A stretch of DNA of 64,000 bases from an uncultured Elusimicrobia bacterium (GTDB lineage Bacteria > Elusimicrobiota > Elusimicrobia > 2-01-FULL-59-12): contig OY969767.1 of NCBI GenBank assembly GCA_963702895.1, positions 1,152,001 to 1,216,000 on the forward strand, read 5' to 3'. Shown here piece after piece: positions 58,806 to 64,000 of the stretch. Numbering within the stretch: the first letter of the stretch is position 1; every line of letters begins with the position of its first letter. Below the pieces are notes generated by a model. The model had not been told where the DNA came from. It made no database searches and saw only the letters and a program-made list of their open reading frames with translations. A program made the translations under genes and the position numbers.

Positions 58806-61381
58806 AAGAAGATGGATTTAAAGGGACTCTCGAGGACGACATCACTGAGCATATGGAACAGGATGTAGAGCGTAAAGAGGAAGGCGAAAATCCAGACAGG
58901 CCGTTGTGGCGAAGAGGATGCATCATGAAGGATTTTGTCGTAGGTCAAACGGAGGATGCTGATCACTAAGCCAAGGAATCCGATGAGTCCCAAGATGCCC
59001 GTTCTGTAGAGGACCGCGACAAAGGAGTTGTGCGGATCATACCGCGGAACATCGAGCCAATAACTCACCTGGGCAGGCACGAACACTTTGCCCATGGGCA
59101 TGCCAAAAAGCAGCCGGATCAGGGGCCATGACGACAGATCGACCATGGCTTTTTTTACTCCCGGTTCAAGTGGTCTGGCCCAGCCGGCCAAGGGGTCTTC
59201 CAACACGCGTTGCCACAGGTCGGGGTCCGTAACATGGTTTTGTCGACGTGAAGGAATACGTCCTGAGCGCTCCATCGATTGCTTTCGTGCATCAAATCGC
59301 TCCTGGACATCGGGCTTTGTGGTTTGTTCACGGGAAGTCCTGCCAATCAGAATTTCCTCATATGCGGATTGCCACATCCAAAAGCGAGTGTGGACATTAC
59401 CCATACTGCTTCCAGCCATGGAAGGAACGAATGCAACAAGCGTCCTGAGATCTGATAGCAGAGGTTTCATCAGTCTGTTTGGCTGAATCAGGGACAAAAG
59501 GATAGCGATGCTGATACTTGCGGGAATGACGCCAATGAGAAAATGACAAAAACGTGGGAAAAAGATATTTTGCGCGTGCAGGACAATGGTCACAGAGAGG
59601 ATGAGAAGCCATGCCAACCAGGCTGAGCGTACGGTGACAAGAAAGAGCATCGAGACCAGCAGAATCTGAGCCCCATAATAAAGCCATTTCTTGTGGGGCT
59701 TGATGGAGTGAATAGCCAGAATCAAAAGACCAGACATATACATGGCACTGCAAGCCGGTTGCAGCGGTAAGTGACTGTCTAAAAAAAGGTTGCCTAGGAT
59801 GCTCAAAAGTCGCGCGCCAATAACGAAACAGGCAGCATATTGAACCAGCCGGATAAGGGCAGGGGAGAGGGTGCGAACCTGCGTGACCAAAGCGAAAACA
59901 AGGTATCCCGCGAGCATATACCCAATCAGCATGGCATCACGCATGGCATCACGCATCCCATAAATGATCACACCGCGCAGAAGTGAAAGGCTGAAGGATA
60001 GGGCGAGCATTCCTGTCAGCCACTTCGCAGGGAGTCGCCACGGCCGTGCGCGCCCGGACAAAAGGAGAGTGAAAAGACTCAGCGCTAACAAGGTGTCCGT
60101 GATATATACAGGACGACCCGCTACTGAAAAATGGATATAGGCAAATGTTTTATCCAAAAGGATGTTTCCCAGGAAAGCGGCGCTAAGACAAAGGAACGAA
60201 ACCTGGAGGAACCAGGAAGCCCTGCTGTATGCAAGCTTTGACGTTGCAGCCAGGTCCTCGAGCAAACGAATTTCATCCTGGATAAGTCGCGAGAGATCAA
60301 ATCGGGTTTCAACCATCGTTCTGGCATTCCTCGTGATTTCTTCGGACGCATCAGGATTCTGGAGCGCCGTGCCGAGCGCTCGAGCGATGGCCTGGACATC
60401 CGTTGGTGGGCATGTATAAGCCGTACGACCGTGGGAGGTGAGGTCTTGGTTCCCTTCGCACTCTGAGACGACACAGGGGACTCCGGCGCTCATGGCTTCT
60501 ATGAGTATTTTCGGATGACCCTCGATGTGTGACACAAGTGCGAAGACGTCAGCTTCACGAAACACTTCTGGAAGCTTGGCATGGGGAACCGGGGGACTTA
60601 TCGTCAGATTGACATCATGTGCTCGAGCGAGCGTTTCGAGGGATTCTCTTTGAGAACCATCTCCTATCCAGAGAAGCTTGACCGGCATCATTTTCTGGAG
60701 TACGGCAGTTCCGAGAATCAGATTCGCGAGATTCTTTTGCTTTTCAAGTCGTCCGATATACAGGATCGTTTTTGTTTTCGAGCGAGCGCGTGTCGTTGTT
60801 GACGGGTCAAACTGTTTTAGATCGACACCGTTTGGAATTAAGGCAACACCCTCATGTCGGCGCCATAAGGCAATTCTTTCGTAGAGGATGCGCGTGGTGA
60901 CAAGGGCGATGCTTGAGCGCCATGCGGCGATGCGTTCCAATGCCATCGTCGTCCAGACTTTCCATCTTGGTTTTCCTTCGACTTTCGCAAATTCAGAATA
61001 GGAATATCCAAAGGTCACAAGACATTTCGCGCTTTGTGACCAAGGACCCAAGAACGGCAAAATCCCTGTGGCTTGGAAGACCCGGAACACGGCGCATTGC
61101 CGGAATTCCTTCCAATAGGCGATCGGCATCAAGAGGCCATAGAGAAACGGATGGATATTCCATCGACGCGGTAGCACCTGGACTCTGGAAAGAATCTGAG
61201 GATCGCTCGTAAAGTCTTCGAGCCGTTCCGAAAAGTAGCTGAAATAGTAGATGGTCTGGAAGGAAGTTAAATACGCTTTGATGTATTTTTCGATAAGCCT
61301 GGCATCTTGTCCCGTTGTACGCAAAGCGGTCAATCCGCTTTTGTAGGATGCGACCAGGCCCAAAGTAAGGTTTCTTGACAT
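58733..61381 (-). CDS. GT4 glycosyltransferase fused to an O-antigen ligase/polymerase-like membrane domain
   Basis: IPNGVD, GRLEKQKN, EGHPKILIEAM, then multi-TM domain with RSAWLA and DPHNSF...GILG. Confidence 0.82.
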   Translation of the reverse strand: MSRNLTLGLVASYKSGLTALRTTGQDARLIEKYIKAYLTSFQTIYYFSYFSERLEDFTSDPQILSRVQVLPRRWNIHPFLYGLLMPIAYWKEFRQCAVFRVFQATGILPFLGPWSQSAKCLVTFGYSYSEFAKVEGKPRWKVWTTMALERIAAWRSSIALVTTRILYERIALWRRHEGVALIPNGVDLKQFDPSTTTRARSKTKTILYIGRLEKQKNLANLILGTAVLQKMMPVKLLWIGDGSQRESLETLARAHDVNLTISPPVPHAKLPEVFREADVFALVSHIEGHPKILIEAMSAGVPCVVSECEGNQDLTSHGRTAYTCPPTDVQAIARALGTALQNPDASEEITRNARTMVETRFDLSRLIQDEIRLLEDLAATSKLAYSRASWFLQVSFLCLSAAFLGNILLDKTFAYIHFSVAGRPVYITDTLLALSLFTLLLSGRARPWRLPAKWLTGMLALSFSLSLLRGVIIYGMRDAMRDAMLIGYMLAGYLVFALVTQVRTLSPALIRLVQYAACFVIGARLLSILGNLFLDSHLPLQPACSAMYMSGLLILAIHSIKPHKKWLYYGAQILLVSMLFLVTVRSAWLAWLLILSVTIVLHAQNIFFPRFCHFLIGVIPASISIAILLSLIQPNRLMKPLLSDLRTLVAFVPSMAGSSMGNVHTRFWMWQSAYEEILIGRTSREQTTKPDVQERFDARKQSMERSGRIPSRRQNHVTDPDLWQRVLEDPLAGWARPLEPGVKKAMVDLSSWPLIRLLFGMPMGKVFVPAQVSYWLDVPRYDPHNSFVAVLYRTGILGLIGFLGLVISILRLTYDKILHDASSSPQRPVWIFAFLFTLYILFHMLSDVVLESPFKSIFFWGSLGLCLIPPSPDKAKAESIHP

Positions 61382-61382
61382 G

Positions 61383-62594
61383 TTACGACCGGGACAGAGC
61401 GCGCGATGAGAGTACCGAAGAATCTGATTTGACATTCTCACGAAGAGCGTCGTACTGCTTACCGTAGGCGGTGGTGATGGTCTCCCAATTGAAATAGGCT
61501 TCCACTCTTGCGCGATTCGCATGTCCGAGCGCAAGCATATGCTCAGGACGAGCCAGGGTTCCAAGCATGAGGTCGGCAAACGCGCCAGAGTCACGTGGTT
61601 CGACCATCGTCCCCGTATCGTCAGTCATAATGTCCAAGGTCCCGCCGGCGCGTGTTGTAATGACGGGCTTGCCAGAGGCCATCGCTTCCAGTAGGACAAT
61701 CCCGAATCCTTCGTGAAGGGTATGGAATGCAAAAAGGTCGCATGTTTGATAGTAAAGCGGCAGGTCCTCATCAGAAACACGTCCGGTGAAACAAACATGG
61801 CTCGCAATACCCAGCGCTTGCGCTTTCTTCTCGAGCAACTTCTTCTGCGGCCCTCCGCCGACGATAACAAAGTAAAGATCAGGCCTGGCGCTTAGGGCTT
61901 TAGCGATCGTATCCAAGTAGTAGGCAACGCCTTTACGCTCGTGAAGACGCTGTACCGTCAAAATGATCGTGCGGGATGTCGGAAGATTGAGCTGCAGGCG
62001 CAATCTCTGGATTTCGGCTTGAGACACAGGTCGGAAACGATGGACGTCAACGCCATAGGGAATAACGGACAGTTTGCTCGCAGGGACTCTGTATTTGGAT
62101 TCCAGCACACGACGTACAAATGTAGATGCCGCTACAATTCGATCGGCATGACCCAGTAGCCACCGGTTTAAGGGACTCAAGAACGAGCAGGGAATATAAT
62201 ACGGATCGTAAATATCATTCCCAACGAGCGTGACCATGGTGGGTCGATGATTCTTCACGCTCCAAAGCATTCCGGGATACCCGGTAAAAAAGAGGTAGTG
62301 AAGATGAACAAGATCGGGTTGAAAGCGATTCAGGCGATGAAAAACACCCGGAACAGCCTGTAAGGAATGTGCCACTTCAGATAGACGACGCAAACCCGAC
62401 GGCGCCAGGGAGATATACCGCTCAATGCGAAGACCCTCCATTTCTTCTGCTTCAGGCCATTCGAGCCGATAGCGTGGTGTGATGATGAGCACTTCGTGGC
62501 CACGCTTGACGAGCCGCCGGCCCATCTCCCATGCGCCGATTTCAGCGCCGCCACGGTTGGGTAGAAACCAAGGGATGAGAAGTGCGATTTTCAT
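61383..62594 (-). CDS. Glycosyltransferase family 4
   Basis: GGAE, IPYGVD, RL..RKG, EGFGIVLLEAMASGKPV. Confidence 0.92.
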   Translation of the reverse strand: MKIALLIPWFLPNRGGAEIGAWEMGRRLVKRGHEVLIITPRYRLEWPEAEEMEGLRIERYISLAPSGLRRLSEVAHSLQAVPGVFHRLNRFQPDLVHLHYLFFTGYPGMLWSVKNHRPTMVTLVGNDIYDPYYIPCSFLSPLNRWLLGHADRIVAASTFVRRVLESKYRVPASKLSVIPYGVDVHRFRPVSQAEIQRLRLQLNLPTSRTIILTVQRLHERKGVAYYLDTIAKALSARPDLYFVIVGGGPQKKLLEKKAQALGIASHVCFTGRVSDEDLPLYYQTCDLFAFHTLHEGFGIVLLEAMASGKPVITTRAGGTLDIMTDDTGTMVEPRDSGAFADLMLGTLARPEHMLALGHANRARVEAYFNWETITTAYGKQYDALRENVKSDSSVLSSRALSRS

Positions 62595-63589
62595 GGGATA
62601 CGGGCCTGTTGTTTTACCGATGGCTTTACATTATCGCGCCAGTAATCTAATAGGTCCCGGAGCGTCTGTTTGAAAGGTATGACCGGCTCCCAGGCTGTTA
62701 ATTTGCGAAACTTGCTGCAATTGCCATAGACCATCGGAAGATCAGATGGTCTAAGGCGGGCAGGATCCACTTCAGTGGCTATGGATACACGCGTCAGCTC
62801 AAGGAGCTGATCTAAAATATGTCGCATGCTGAGCGGACGACCGGAACAAATGTTGTAGGCTTCCCCGGGTTCCCCTTTTTCGAGAGCCAAGACGTACGCG
62901 TGTGCGACGTCGCGGACGTCGAGATAATCTCGCTGGGCCTCAAGGTTTCCCACGTGTAAGACTGGCAAGGATAAGCCCGCTTCGATGGATGCAATCTGTT
63001 TGGCAAAGTTAGAGATCGCATACTGGTCTGGGCGCCCCGGACCGGTGTGATTAAAAGCGCGTGTCGTTAAGATGGGGAGGTTGTAGGATCGGAAATACTG
63101 AAAGGCCATAAGATCCTGTGCCACTTTGGAGACAGCATAGGGAGACACAGGCCTAAACGGTGTCTCCTCATGAACTGGCAGATCCCCTGTTCGCACTGCG
63201 CCGTATTCTTCAGAAGAGCCTGCGACAAGAACCCTGGGGGTCAAGCGATGCTTCCGCAGTAACTCGAGGAGATTCAGTTGGCCGAGTACATTGTTCGTAA
63301 AAGTCTCGTGAGGGTGCGTCCAGGACCGTGCAACTTCAGCTTGACCTGCCAGGTGGAAAATCCAGTCCGGATGAACCTCCATTAGGATTCTGTCTATGTC
63401 CGCTGTATCGAGAAGATCGCCTTGCACGTACCGTTGCGGATCCAGCGGCAGCTGTCGCGGCAAGGGTCGTGTCTGATGCCATCCCCAAATCTCAGTGTAG
63501 CCCTTGGTGGATAGCGCATTCACCAAATGGGAGCCGACAAAGCCGGTGGCCCCTGTAATTAAGATGCGAGGTTGTTTACCGTCTATCAT
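62591..63589 (-). CDS. GDP-sugar short-chain dehydrogenase (Rmd/Gmd-like)
   Basis: TGATGFVGSHL, SSEEYG, YAVSK, RAFNHTGP, GNLEAQRDY. Confidence 0.87.
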   Translation of the reverse strand: MIDGKQPRILITGATGFVGSHLVNALSTKGYTEIWGWHQTRPLPRQLPLDPQRYVQGDLLDTADIDRILMEVHPDWIFHLAGQAEVARSWTHPHETFTNNVLGQLNLLELLRKHRLTPRVLVAGSSEEYGAVRTGDLPVHEETPFRPVSPYAVSKVAQDLMAFQYFRSYNLPILTTRAFNHTGPGRPDQYAISNFAKQIASIEAGLSLPVLHVGNLEAQRDYLDVRDVAHAYVLALEKGEPGEAYNICSGRPLSMRHILDQLLELTRVSIATEVDPARLRPSDLPMVYGNCSKFRKLTAWEPVIPFKQTLRDLLDYWRDNVKPSVKQQARIP

Positions 63590-63999
63590 GCAAGACGTCT
63601 TCTGTGGTAATTGAACCATGTTTGGAAATTGGCCATATGGGGCGCACAAAAAGCAATGACTTTAGCCAGCCAGCGATAGGCGGTCCGAGACATATATTCC
63701 TTGGGGACATGCACAATGGCCAGACCTTCCGGAACTTTGGATGAGATCTCCGTTGTGCAGCCATACAAATGCGCGAGGATCCGGCAATATCGCCAAGCCC
63801 AACGCGCACGGCCCAGGACATCATGAAGAAGGATGATGCCGCCCGGAGCGCAAGTCCGTTGGCGTAATACGGTTTCTAGTTCGCGGGGATAGAGCGCTTT
63901 CAGATGGTCAATCAAAATGAGATCAAAGCTCTGGCCGGCTAGTTCGTGTAATTGAGTGGCTGCATCCCCGTGCCGGAATTCATAAACCTCAGGAATCCC
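63586..63999 (-). CDS. Probable class I SAM-dependent methyltransferase, C-terminal part (5' end outside window)
   Basis: Frame open to the window edge: GDA...FDLILIDH...PGGIILLHD. Confidence 0.7.
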   Translation of the reverse strand, partial: GIPEVYEFRHGDAATQLHELAGQSFDLILIDHLKALYPRELETVLRQRTCAPGGIILLHDVLGRARWAWRYCRILAHLYGCTTEISSKVPEGLAIVHVPKEYMSRTAYRWLAKVIAFCAPHMANFQTWFNYHRRRLA

Positions 64000-64000
64000 T

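Overview
A 64-kb chromosomal window from a GC-rich diderm bacterium (lptFG, a heptosyltransferase-like gene and a large outer-membrane barrel are present). An Elusimicrobiota-like origin is only a guess from gene content. Most genes lie on the minus strand. Housekeeping blocks: dxs/ispA, ymdB-ygfA-rarA-zapA, ahpC-thrS-infC-rpmI-rplT-pheST, gap-pgk-gpmA-secG, metK-ahcY, and a long surface-polysaccharide cluster (46-64 kb). Five intact tRNA genes are present (Val-GAC, two Gly-GCC, Leu-GAG, Cys-GCA). Accessory content includes a RelE/HigA-type TA pair, DinB, a kinase-dCMP deaminase fusion and a 4.3-kb integrase-less islet at tRNA-Gly carrying an AbiE type IV TA pair. The most unusual signal is non-coding. 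Two four-helix-bundle (Avd-like, TIGR02436-type) genes are each embedded in their own 7-mer microsatellite hairpins. Both sit behind an identical bipartite motif, GTGAATA-N13-TGCATCTAAGGGATA, with a third copy upstream of the TA operon. One of the genes runs into five near-identical 120-bp repeats, each carrying the 3' end of the adjacent tRNA-Val. Further 7/8-mer hairpins, tRNA 3'-end repeats, extended tRNA acceptor stems, nested REP-like elements and a structured ~290-nt metK leader occur across the window. All product calls come from reading motifs by eye; no database searches were run.
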